64,000 nt of DNA from contig OZ210884.1 of the NCBI GenBank assembly GCA_964658305.1, positions 8,246,001 to 8,310,000 on the forward strand. Reading direction: 5' to 3'. This document shows, one piece after another, positions 24,718 to 36,186 of this stretch (within the stretch, counting starts at the first letter, position 1; each line of letters begins with the position of its first letter). The notes beneath the pieces were generated by a model. The model saw nothing but the letters and a program-made list of their open reading frames with translations, had not been told where the DNA came from and did no database searches. Origin of the DNA: Leptogorgia sarmentosa (Eukaryota). Position numbers and translations under genes: made by a program.

Positions 24718-25543
24718 ATGGCGACGTACTTGCAACTGTGATCGGTCTTGCTTGTCCTCAGCATTTTTAGTGATTTACTTCACATAAAAGACGTGTGGTC
24801 TGATGATGGTGGGGAAAATAGGAACTCCCTCGGGAAACTCAAGTACTCGTTGCTACTTCCAGGAGCAGAATCGCATGCTGTCTTGGTCAAAAGTGCTATC
24901 AAAGCTGCCAAGAAACTGGCAAAGGCACTCGCCAAAAAGAAAGGAAAGGCACGCAATAAACAAAAGCAGAAAGGTCTGTTTATCGTTTAAAATTGACATT
25001 AGATTTCAGTTGTTAGTATTCCGCTTTACAAAATCTTCATCAATGCGAAAAGATGCGATATTATTGCAATTTTTGCTGCAAGAATGTTTCAGAATTATAT
25101 CCCACCGAGAACCAAAGAGGGCTATAATCCCTTTCTCTGAAACTCACATGATTTCGTGAATATGATATCGGCTTCACATGATCATCGCATGATGTTGCTT
25201 TAATTAAAACCTTTGGCTTAACAATACATACCCCAGCATCCTACCGCTCGATTCGGCTTTAAAAAAGGAATAGATAAAGAATATTGATAAGCGCTACTAA
25301 GTCTCTCGTCGAATGAACGCCCGTGTTTTTAAATGGCTATTTTATAAATGTATATCCGGTATAGTAACATCAACGAGCAGACCAAAGGCCAATGTTGATG
25401 TTGTTTTCCGCTACCTAACCTTGTCATTCCTGTTTTATGTTAAAGGTCACACCAAAAACAAGCGTCCAAGTACAAAGAACAAACACCAAAAAGCAGATGC
25501 AAGACGAAACAAGGAGCAAAACAGGAAAAACAAAAATGGATAA
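24718..25543 (+). CDS. Putative secreted cationic peptide precursor, exons 24718-24973 and 25446-25543 (117 codons), interrupted by in-frame TGA at 24739-24741
   Basis: It reads MATYLQL*SVLLVLSIFSDLLHIKDVWS (signal-like), then DDGGENRNSLGKLKYSLLLPGAES, then HAVLVKSAIKAAKKLAKALAKKKGKARNKQKQKG|HTKNKRPSTKNKHQKADARRNKEQNRKNKNG*. There is a phase-1 GT-AG intron, a 5'UTR intron (donor gag|gtaagt 24478, acceptor 24703) and AATAAA at 25665. Confidence 0.6.
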
Positions 25544-25799
25544 ACATACATTCATCGATTTATACCATTTACTTATATCATTAGAGCTGGATTATCTGGA
25601 CTAGCTATATTTTAGAACTATTGATTGACACGTAGTTCCTATACTAGTATATGATTATGATCTTAATAAAGGCACGTTAATTTAGCTATTGCTAAGTATA
25701 ATTCTGATTATTCTTCATACAATATATATTATTCATTGATTTTCAATGTATTTTGTGCACTTTTTTAGTCTTCAAAAAATGTGTGAGAAATACTGCACC

Positions 25800-26885
25800 A
25801 TGATAGAATAAATCTGATCGTGGAACTTTCACTCTCACCGAGGAGATCTACCCGTTGCGATGACTTGAAATAACAAAAGCTGACTTGCATTTTTTCCATA
25901 TGCACGTGTGGTTATTAGAAATTCTACGTGAACTCCAGATTCTCGACCATACAGATCTGTGGCGACTATTTTAACGTACTTTGTAAAAAAACATAATTAA
26001 TGGGACCAACCCTATAGACAATTCATTGGGGTTTCGCAAATGTATACTACATGAAATGCTGCAATGGGATTTCTGAGAAAGGCTCGTCAATCATTCACAA
26101 AAGTACCTTATAATTATTTATGTAAACTGAATTCAATTCATTGCAGTCCTCGTCTTCTAGCTAGCATATATGCTTCGTGATTTGATGTAGAAAATTGATC
26201 ATTGTTCATCATCCTGTCATGCATGCATTATTACTATGCCGGGTTATGAAGTCAAATTTACATGAGCATATTATATATAATCATCATCACTAAAAACAAA
26301 ACCGTGCATGTTATTCGTCACGTGACCCAGTATATCCGTTTTGTGAAAATCCGCTTGTAGTTCATCCAGATTTTTTTCACTACAGTCGCTCGACATAGAA
26401 TAATCTAACCATCTTTTTTGCCTCACGCCATATCCGTTGGCTTCGTCAAAACCATTTTCTGTCAATTCACTATTGTCGGCCACTCGTTCTCGATTGCTTT
26501 CCGTGCTCTTCCGGCGGTCAGCCTCGGCGCTACGTCGGCTACGATAGCAAGTCTTTCGTTCACTGCAGTCGGATGTTATTACGCTGAAGGTGCACTCAGT
26601 TGAATCCCCGAGTGGTGACGTTGTAAAAGTACCAGTGGTCATCACTTCGTGATCGTATCCTTTCGTTCCGTAGGGTATGGACAGAAACTGATAAACGCCT
26701 TTATGTCCTTTCACCTGGGAAAATAAAATGAAAAGATGTGAAATAAGATTACCATTACCCAGGGGCCAGATGTTCAAAGTTAGGTTTAGCGCTAACCCTG
26801 GGTTTAAATTTCACCAAATATATGTTTGTGTATTTCTTCACGCCTATTTAGTTCGAACCTCTTTATTCTCTATGTCAAAATTCAT
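25800..26885. repeat. Copy 2 of the ~1.1-kb duplication (carries the intact ETS last exon and 3'UTR)
   Basis: Near-identical to 23046-24184. Confidence 0.95.
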
Positions 26886-29800
26886 TGTTGGAAAAATTTG
26901 CTTTGAATTTTAAAGTTAAACATTAGGCTAAACTATAACCAGCTTTTGAACATCACTGAACAAAATAAGTTAAAAATGTGAGTCCTAGGATATTTCCTCA
27001 AAAGAATTCCCCTAGTCAGGAAAATGCTTCTTTGCTATCTCTATCTCGCCTGCTATCTGGAGTGTCTGCGCCAAAGAATGGCTTGGAAAACGTCACCGAT
27101 TAAAACCAAAATAACTACACATATCAAAAACACCAGGAAACAAGAATTAAGCCCAAATATAGTCTACATACACTAGTTATCATGATCAATCTCCATGCAT
27201 GAATTCTGATTATGGATACTACACTATATAGCAGTTACAGTATTGGCAATATTATAATTATACTAGTGTCATTCTACTGAAAAATAGAAATCGGCTATGA
27301 ACAATCTTTAAAAGTTACACACTTTTACCTTTTTTAACATCCCTCTCTCGTAATACGTCCTGATCGCCCTAATCAGTTTGCTTTTGTCCATTCTTGGTCT
27401 GTTTTTGACGGTACCCCATAGCTTTGCCAGTTCTTCTGTGTTTTTCAATTCAAATATTCCTTCACGTTTGTCTGTCCAAGTTATAACTGACGTACATTCC
27501 TCGTCCTCCAGCAGACCGAAAAGAAATTCCCAGAGATAAAGTGACTTTCTTGTGCTCGATCGCGAGTTGCTTCTTTTCCTGGAAGCTGAAGAATGGAATT
27601 AATGTAATGTGTAAATAATTTGATATGAGTGTATATAGGTATATTTGCAATGGGTGTAAATAATTTGGTATGAGTGAAAGTAATTTTAGAAACTCCGGCC
27701 GAAACATCGTTACAACTTAACAAAATTTGTTACTTGAAAATAGCCTTCACGTCTTTATTAATATTATTATTAATATTATTATTAGTTTACTTCCAATATA
27801 TATATATATTGTATGTATGTTATGTTAAAAAGGTCCTGTTGGAATCCTGACAATCGTCACTATATCAAACGTTTTTTGAGACACCTGTACTGTCAGTTTA
27901 TGCAAGAATTTGGTCCTATACAGGGTGAGTAAAAAATGTTAAATCAATATGATTTTTTGGCACTTCATTTTTTGTGGGATTTTTTCTGAAGTGCTTACAG
28001 TCAATCTTACAGAAGCGGATACCTTGGGGGACCATCCTTTAGTGTCCGCAATAGTGAGAGTTCGCAGTAGCGATGTGGGAATAAAAATCCAAATTTGAAG
28101 GGTGTAGAATGTCAGTACCATGCAAATACCAATGCGTTTGTCTTTAAATGTCAGGTTTATTCTAGCAAATGTTCAAAAGTCAAAAGTAGTGTAAATTAAG
28201 GCTGCGGAGAGGATTAAAATATTCTGAAGCATCATTTCTTGTTTGTCAGTTAATGGTTACACACTGTATGTTAAAACTGCTGTATATGATATAGTAATTA
28301 TAGAACAATTAATTCAAATTGTCCGTTGTAACAAGAGTAGAAATCGAAGTTTCCTTGGGTGATACTTCGGTAAAACGTCAATATATATCTATATATATAG
28401 GGACTGATTAATCAAAGCTATCAGGGTTCCATGCAAGTTTCTACAGATTTATTAATTCTCACATTTATATTCGACTGCGTTTTCATTCCCATACAAAAAT
28501 TATTTCGCGGTTTAAATCCGCTGTTTGCTGAATTTTCATGAAGTCATTTCGTGAAGTTCCAAATTGGCGAGAAAGGAAACAATGGTATGAGTATCTTACT
28601 AATAGAAAAATTCGAAAACACAGTACTTGACTTCTCCGCCCAGTTTTGATATATTTTTGTTGAAATAGAATTTTTTCGCACTCAAATTGCTTTTTAAAAA
28701 AACGTGTTCCAAATTTTTTCTTTATTTTGCCGTTCCTCCGATATAGCGATTTTTTTATTACCACAACATATTTATGATTCTTTAAGAAAACTTTTAAATA
28801 TTCTTTTAAGTTGCTTCGTAAATCACGAAATATCCAGAACAAGGACAAAGCCAAACAAGTTTTAAAAAGTTCCTGTGAAAATTTCTGAAAAATTCGTTGA
28901 AACTGGCAGGAGAAGAACTCTTTAATTTTTAAAAATAAGTCCAATTAGGCTGAAAAAGTTCATAAAAAAACCGACAATATTTTTCCCACCGTTATTACAT
29001 TTCTTGTCATATTGTAATTGTTGTGACGCCAAAAATTAGCAGATGAAAGTTCCAAGATTTAATGGATAGTTTCAGAGATAAGTTTTCCATTTTTACAAAT
29101 GTTCGAGCGAAAAAGGTGTCCTTGTAACCTTAACAATAAATAACGAGTAGTAGGTAAGTAAGGCCAAGTAAGGCCTAACTTAAAGTCCCCTACACCGATG
29201 AGACGTGATTTGGTAACGCAACGCGATTTTTCAGTTTTTGAAAGTACATATAACTGTGACAAAAGTTGAATTTTGGAAGGCATGTAGACCTGATGAGTAA
29301 AGGGTTGCCGCTGTAAAATTTTGGGAAATATTCCATGCATCCGGAGCAATTATATATTCGCTTCTGAAAACTGAAAAACATGTCTCGTTACCTTCGTTAC
29401 TAATTGACTAATCTATACTCTATCAAAAGGAGAACTGGCAGGGCCTTTATTGGATAAATCGCAAATTGATAGAAATTTGTTCGACTGAAGAAGCAGCAAA
29501 GACACAAAACGCATGCATACATCAGACAACGTCGTCGCAGAAAACCGAGCCTTAGACGTCAATTGCTGGCGAAGTTTGTTGGAAGGTTACGTCTCAATTG
29601 TGAAATTTGCTATGAATAAAAACACAAGAATGTGCAAGAACCAATATAGCATTGCATTTTGCATGAACCCGAAGAACCCTTTGAAGTTTGAAGTCATTTA
29701 ATATATATTTATTTAATTCCGGGCGGAAAGAAAGTAACTTCCAATTGATTCAAGAACCCGCATTATCGTTTCTCTTTTCTCTTAAACTATGCTTTTCTGT

Positions 29801-32800
29801 TTACTTTATGATGGAATTTCAAACCTCTACTCATTGCAGGATGCATCTAGCATATATAGAAAAGGAAAAAGAACCCTTTAAATATACGTCGTCATAACTA
29901 CATATAGTTTTTAATTAAGGCTTAGATTCCATGTCGAACTTTTCATACGTCGGACCTAATTTGAATGATCTAAGTTCTTTGTTTGAGCTCAATATCTGCA
30001 TTAAGCTCGGCACATGGAAAGTTCGACGCAGTCCGAGGCCCAACAGAGCTCATATAATTATATATTTTAGTATAATTAAAATCAAAATAGAACCGAGCAA
30101 TTAAACTATATTAACTTGACTTGCTAGATACCTATAGCTACTAGGCAATACTCGGAAAAGTGACGTCACACGCGTTAGATTTCTTAATTTAGCTTTGGAT
30201 ATAGCTACAAGATGTGCCGGATAAAGGGCTAGATGTTGGAGATAAGCGCGAGTGCCGCATGTTCGAATTAATCCAACTCTCAATTCGAGTGAAAAAATAT
30301 GTAAAACGCGAAAGCAGTGTTTTGGTAATGCCCGTTTACTCTTGGGATTTCTGCTGCGATTTCCAGTAGGATTTTCTCTCTTTGATGGATGTGAACGAGC
30401 GGTTAATAACGATCGTCCTGAATGCACGTTTCCTTACCTGAACATTTGTGGTTGAATCACTCATTTGCATCCATCAAAAGGAGGAAATCACACTATAAAT
30501 CACAGCAAAAATCGCAAGTGTAAACGGGCCTTAATGCTTTAAAAAATACTCATCAATCAAATAGTTCGAGAAATTGCATGGTCAGGAACTCTCAAATGTT
30601 GATCGTATTCCATGCAGCAGAAAACGCCTTGCGTTTTATACACGAGCATCTAGCAAGCTAACTCTGGCGCCTTTGACCGACCAGGGGTAAAGGACATTCT
30701 CTGAAACACGCTTTATAATAATAATAATAAATATAATGACTTACTAAACATGTCTTTGTGATTCAACGCAAATCATGAACAAGTGTTTTCACCGGTGAAG
30801 CTTAATTCTTCCGCGACAAACAATTAAAAAATTGATAAAAATTACACTGCATCTACCCGCTTGGTGGCCGGTGAAAAAAGTAAGAATGCCTCTGCAGTTA
30901 ATTATTTTGTTACTTATAAGTTCTTGGACAGACATACTTTACCTTTTTTCTCTTAGAAATGAACTTCACTTTTTAAGAGTTCTCTTTGAGTTACGTGTCC
31001 GACCATATTTTATATAATTATCGTTACCATGTTATCAAGTACTTTGTGTTTGGTATTTCAATGCATGGTAGGGTTTTCTAGGATAGACTGGGTGGCAAGC
31101 TGTAGGCGAGAATGAAATATCATATCGACGACAGTCTTAACGTGAAAAATTCGATATTGACACTTACGATGGGGGGTATAGAAAAATGCAGTCTCACGCC
31201 AGTGTATATGAATTTATAAACAAGGATAAATATGGTGAAGTGCTGGTAAATTGTTTCAATATCAAAAAGGAGCGATGGTTGAACATGGTTCTACTGCCCA
31301 GGACGATACAATGAGATTCGACGTTTCGAGAAAAAGCCCTTTGCTGGAAATTAATATCGTTTATGAATGAGAACAGCTTTTATACTGTAAGTTGTTACCC
31401 TCTACCTACACTGGCCACATATTGCAGTTGTCACAACACTAGTACTTAATTCAATGCATAATGGACGATTTAATCTATGAAAAGAAAAGCGAAATGTACC
31501 ACCAAAGTGTTGTAAAATGTAGCTAGAAAACCCTCACCCAATCAGTAAAATTTGCAAAATGCGAAACGGTTATGAAATGCAGAGCTAATATATAGCTATA
31601 TATACTTTAGCCATGCAACAGGGCAAATGTTGTATAATTAGGATGTTTGACGTTTCTCTCCTGTAAATGCTGTACACTTTCGTCCAAATCTCGCACCAAT
31701 TGGGCTGAAAATTAAGTTGTGCAAATTCGGCCTACGTAGCTATAGGCTAATATACAGAAACATGCAATACATATAGCGGGAAAATTTGCAAATTTTGCAG
31801 AGCTATATCTTTCCCAGATTTTGCAACATTTCGCGACTAAACTATTCTAATTTTAAGTTGCTCTTCATAGAAAGAGCGTAGTGATGGATGAATTTTGTCT
31901 TTCTGGCCTGGAACAAAATTTTAAACGAAAGCTAGGGTGCCTTTTCAATTGCTTGAGAAGTGCTTAACATTTTTGTAAGTGAATGTCAAGATTGCAGGCA
32001 AATAAAGAATGAAGATTGAAAATCTTCAATAGCAATTCGATCCTTCAGATATTTGTGAAAAAAATGCAAAAAAATATGTTGATGAGATATGGCTGATCAA
32101 ACTGAAAATATATTAATTCCCTCTCGGTTCAGTTTCAGCGCCGATTTAGGCGTAGAGCTGTAGTAATCCCGAACGTCACCCAATACTTTTGCTATTTGGC
32201 TAAATTAGCTAATTGCTTTATTCAATTTTGGTTAAAATAACTACTATCAAAATAACTTATTTGCATATAATGGCACGCATGCACTTGAAAAAAAGCACGC
32301 ACATTCCCTGAGAGTCTTTGTTATAGACTGATTAAGGTGTGTATTTCTTATATATATTATGCTCTTAAATATCCCCCAAACCTCATTGATAAAAGCACTG
32401 TTGTCGTTGATATTGAATATTCCCCCAAACCTCATTGATTACAACACCGTTAATATTGAATATTGTGCAAACGAACTCTTAGTTTGCAAAGTGTTCTTAT
32501 GCAAAACGTTATTTTGGGTAAGGTAAAAACGTTCTTTAATCAATAATCATTTGCACCCTGGTATTTAGCGTCGGTGGCTCCCTCGCGTTACCATAGGATT
32601 CGCCTTTTACATTTCGTGGTTGGTAAATAGGTATATATTCATAGTGAGATACAGAAGATGGTGGATGTTCATTTTCGTAGAGTGTATGGCAATAGGAAAT
32701 CGCTAAGGACAGCGAATTGATTTTTTCTAGAAAGGCAGGAACAAGACATGCACGAAATTAATTTATTCGTTGTGGTCATAATATTTCTGATCATAACGTG

Positions 32801-33655
32801 ATTTGGCAGCTATCATGTATATTATTCACACATTACCTATATCCTTGCAATGCATTATGGTAAAATGTCCACCCCATATTTTCTATACTCGATCGATTCA
32901 TCAGACTGAAATATTTCAGTTGAAAATGTCTTATCTATAATTTTCCATTTAAGTAACGTCATTTGTTCATACGCCAGAATACGTTTACGATAATCGTATC
33001 GTGTAGATGCATCATTACCTGCAATTTGCGCACTGGTGTCGAAGATCCCGGAGACAGCTGAGATTGAAAATTCAAGGATAGTCGTGCTATTCAGCACACA
33101 TTCGAGCCAATATCGAATTTTCTTATATATTGATAACTGCAATGACAAACACCTCTTTGGAAGGTAGTATATCCGTATATGGTGACATGAATAAGCATTA
33201 CGTAATGATTTTTTGTTCTAATGAGCCACCGAAAGTGGACTTCAATATAAATTGTGTTTAATTAGGAAGTGCGTTTCCTGGTCTTAAATTAACTTAATAA
33301 TTTTGGATGCATGATCAAAGTGATTTTACACCGAGAAGGAATCGAAGTCCGAATCAACTGAACTGTCGTCATCTCATAGAAATCCACAGCAAGTAATAAT
33401 CCATGTTTGTGAAAAAATGCGCCATGAAAATGATTCTTTATCGTTATCTATCGAGAAATATATATAGCCAGTTGAGTAGCCAATGAAACTACCGCATTTT
33501 TAGATATACGGAAGTACGTATGTGATTCATCCTAAATTCTATGGTGAGCGCGACTCGTGGAAAATGGCGCGACTCGTTAAAAAATAGGTACACAAGTTAC
33601 CTGTATCTGCGCCTATGTACCGTAGCTTGGTTACCAGCGATGATCTTATTTGCAT
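26271..33655 (-). CDS. ETS-domain transcription factor (ELF/E74-like, divergent). Confident exons: 27329-27585 and 26271-26714. Tentative 5' exons: 33601-33655 and 33019-33057.
   Basis: The spliced translation LYLWEFLFGLLEDEECTSVITWTDKREGIFELKNTEELAKLWGTVKNRPRMDKSKLIRAIRTYYERGMLKK|VKGHKGVYQF is a full ETS domain, which the ORF track misses. The tentative 5' exons (MQIRSSLVTKLRYIGADT|AVSGIFDTSAQIA|ASRKRSN) have GT-AG junctions and matching phase 1. Confidence 0.85.
29919..30039. mobile_element. Small degenerate MITE
   Basis: Imperfect inverted ends ggcttagattccatgtcgaacttttcatacgtcggacctaat and attaagctcggcacatggaaagttcgacgcagtccgaggcc. Confidence 0.5.
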
Positions 33656-34214
33656 GTTTTCAGCTTTTCGATACACGCATCTTACCTGTCCCTAATTCGC
33701 GATCTTGCATGCATGTATAAAACGGTTTACTGCGTGAGGTTGTGCGTGGTTAAATGTGAGACGTATTCAATACTTGATATAAGCTTTCATGACTATCTCG
33801 CATTATCAATGGAATTTCTGCATTTTCGACGTTTATGCATGCGCACGTCAACCCTGGGAACGAGGTTTGCGCATGTAAAGGACATGTCATGTCATGAATA
33901 CTAGAAATGACACGTGTTTGATTTATTCTTTAAAATACTCCCTTTAACAGTGTAATCAGTTAATACACCCTTTTGAAAATTATGTTATTCTGTCATGCCT
34001 TGGTTTGATCAATAATTAGTCAAAGATTCTGCACCATTTACTTATGAAAGCATGCAAGACTCCAAGGCCATAAAAGTACTCGTAACATAATCATCAAAAT
34101 GGTGTATTATGATTTTCATAGCAAATTATTTTCTTAATTGTGATTACATGTACCGTAATTTCAGTTCTGGAAAGAATTCAAAAGTTGTCCTCAACTATCA
34201 GGCTATGATTTGCA

Positions 34215-35552
34215 CTAAAATGAGCATGCATACACTATGGCAGAGGCTTCACTTCGAGCTTTGTACATTGTTGGAAGTTCCTCCCACACTTGGCAATCAA
34301 GGTCGAAACATTCCACAGAATTGAGATACTTCTTTTCGCACCAATCATAACCCCCCATTACAACCACTTTATTCCCAGCAATTGTAGCAGCACATGATGA
34401 CCTTGGATACTTCATGGAGGGCAGCATTTTCAATGTGTTCTCTTTGATGTTGTACAGGATAATCGTATTTAACGACATGCTGTTATGAGCAGTCCCTCCA
34501 ATTATGATGACATTGTTTTTCCATCGTACAGTAGCCACATCACAAACAGCAAATGGCAAAGACTTCAAAGTAGTAACTTCGTTATTTACTATGTTATATG
34601 ACAACACAGTATCAACAGCTTTCTCTAACGTTCCAGATGGAGAACCACCAAATATATACAAGGAATCTCCAATCGCTTCCAACCCATGAAAACAGACGGC
34701 TTGCTGCATTTCGTGTTTCAATTCTACGGTATACGGGGGATGCAGTAGGATGCTGTAAATGGTTTTAAAAGGCATCTTTCCAGCATGGCCACCAACCAAA
34801 TAAAGACAGTTCTTGATAACACTACCCTTGTGTCCACAACACTTTAGAGGCAATTTCACAGGAAAGGGAACCCATGTTAAAGGCTTGTTGACCAATGACA
34901 ACATTGCCATGGTTTCGCTTACACATGCATTTGATCGTCCCCCTGTAACAATGACATCATTTCCATACAATATCGACATTGCAGAACCACGGGACTCTTT
35001 CATGGGTTTCAATACTGTCCACACGTTAGAGCCAGGGTACAGAGCCTCAACCGAGCTCAGGTTACCCTCGTTGTTCCTTCCACCAATGACCACAACATGA
35101 GCATTAACATTGGGCAAGGGTGTCTGTGTCGATTGAGAAATATTTCGTTTAGGATCTGGTATACTGTCTTTGGCATCAGTCAAGGTTTCTACTGATTTGC
35201 ATAAATGGCTTTGAAGTTGACATATCTCATATTGGAAATTACACATTTTCGTCAATGCAATCTTCACTTCTGACCATTGCAGGCTCATTTCGCTCAGATC
35301 TTCGTCGAGTACACATGCATGTTTGCCAAATTTCTTAAAAATCATGTCATCCTCACAATCAGGACAATGTACCAGCCTGTACTCACATTCATTATTCACG
35401 TGATCAGCCAGATCAGCCTGGTTGAAAGTTTCTCCACACTTCTCGTTTGTGCAAACAGCAGGACGATATCCGCACCCGCGAACATGTTCTTTTAGCTGTG
35501 AAACTGGAACGACCTCAGTACAGCCTCTTTCCGAGTGATCGCAGCTACTCAT
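34215..35552 (-). CDS. Intronless TRAF-type zinc finger + coiled coil + Kelch-repeat protein (no N-terminal RING)
   Basis: TRAF/SIAH-type fingers CDHSERGC…HVRGCGYRPAVCTNEKC…HVNNECEYRLVHCPDC. About six Kelch repeats with GG motifs (VVVIGGR, IVTGGR, YLVGGH, YIFGGS, IIIGGT, VVMGGYD…SVECFD…WEELPTM). The first ATG is at 35552. Confidence 0.85.
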   Translation of the reverse strand: MSSCDHSERGCTEVVPVSQLKEHVRGCGYRPAVCTNEKCGETFNQADLADHVNNECEYRLVHCPDCEDDMIFKKFGKHACVLDEDLSEMSLQWSEVKIALTKMCNFQYEICQLQSHLCKSVETLTDAKDSIPDPKRNISQSTQTPLPNVNAHVVVIGGRNNEGNLSSVEALYPGSNVWTVLKPMKESRGSAMSILYGNDVIVTGGRSNACVSETMAMLSLVNKPLTWVPFPVKLPLKCCGHKGSVIKNCLYLVGGHAGKMPFKTIYSILLHPPYTVELKHEMQQAVCFHGLEAIGDSLYIFGGSPSGTLEKAVDTVLSYNIVNNEVTTLKSLPFAVCDVATVRWKNNVIIIGGTAHNSMSLNTIILYNIKENTLKMLPSMKYPRSSCAATIAGNKVVVMGGYDWCEKKYLNSVECFDLDCQVWEELPTMYKARSEASAIVYACSF

Positions 35553-36186
35553 AAGACCATTCAAACGATCTGTGTGATTCGTGAAGGGATCGGATCATAC
35601 ACATATAAAAGACATGATTTTTTAAATCCTTCCAAGGTGCCTTTTAATGGAAATTTTACAGAAATGTTGAAAAACTAGGCCTTTAAAAACGGTCTTCCCC
35701 TTTCGCCACTCCTCATCATGACGCCATTTTCTATTTCAAATTGAATGTGAAACCTAAATGAAAGCATCTGATTGGATAAAAATGAACACGTGATTTGACA
35801 TAAAATTCGAAAATAAATTCGGGGTTCTGATTTTTACGAAATTTCCTTAAATTGAAGAAATTTTGACACTTTGGGGAGAATTTTAGGGAAATGTAATTGT
35901 TAAGGATCAAACCGAGCCTTGGACGATTTTTCATCGATATTTTGAAAATTTTAGTCGTTTTTGATCACTTTTGTTGACTACTGATTTTAAATATTCACTA
36001 TTCAGACTAGGGAATTCTTTGTTTATCTAAGGAAGTTTTACCGGTAAGTCTAAGGAAATTTAAAAATAATTTGCAACACGGAAAAAGAAAGAAGGGAATA
36101 AAAGGATTACCATTTCTCAAACAGGAACTTCAAATTTTTAAACTTTAAGCTTAAATCAAAAAAATTAAACGGCTACAAAGAGAAGT

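Noticed and set aside
24739..24741. Selenoprotein interpretation of the in-frame TGA
   Set aside because: It lies in a signal-peptide-like segment with no redox motif and no evident SECIS, so a nonsense change or error is more parsimonious.
27939..28121. 60-aa minus-strand ORF as an ETS 5' coding exon
   Set aside because: Its candidate donors are phase 0 and do not fit the phase-1 or phase-2 acceptors of the ETS exon. It could still be an alternative UTR exon.
28483..28944. 153-aa K/F-rich ORF
   Set aside because: Low-complexity AT-rich composition, a TTG start and no motifs. It lies in a presumed intron and is probably repeat-derived.
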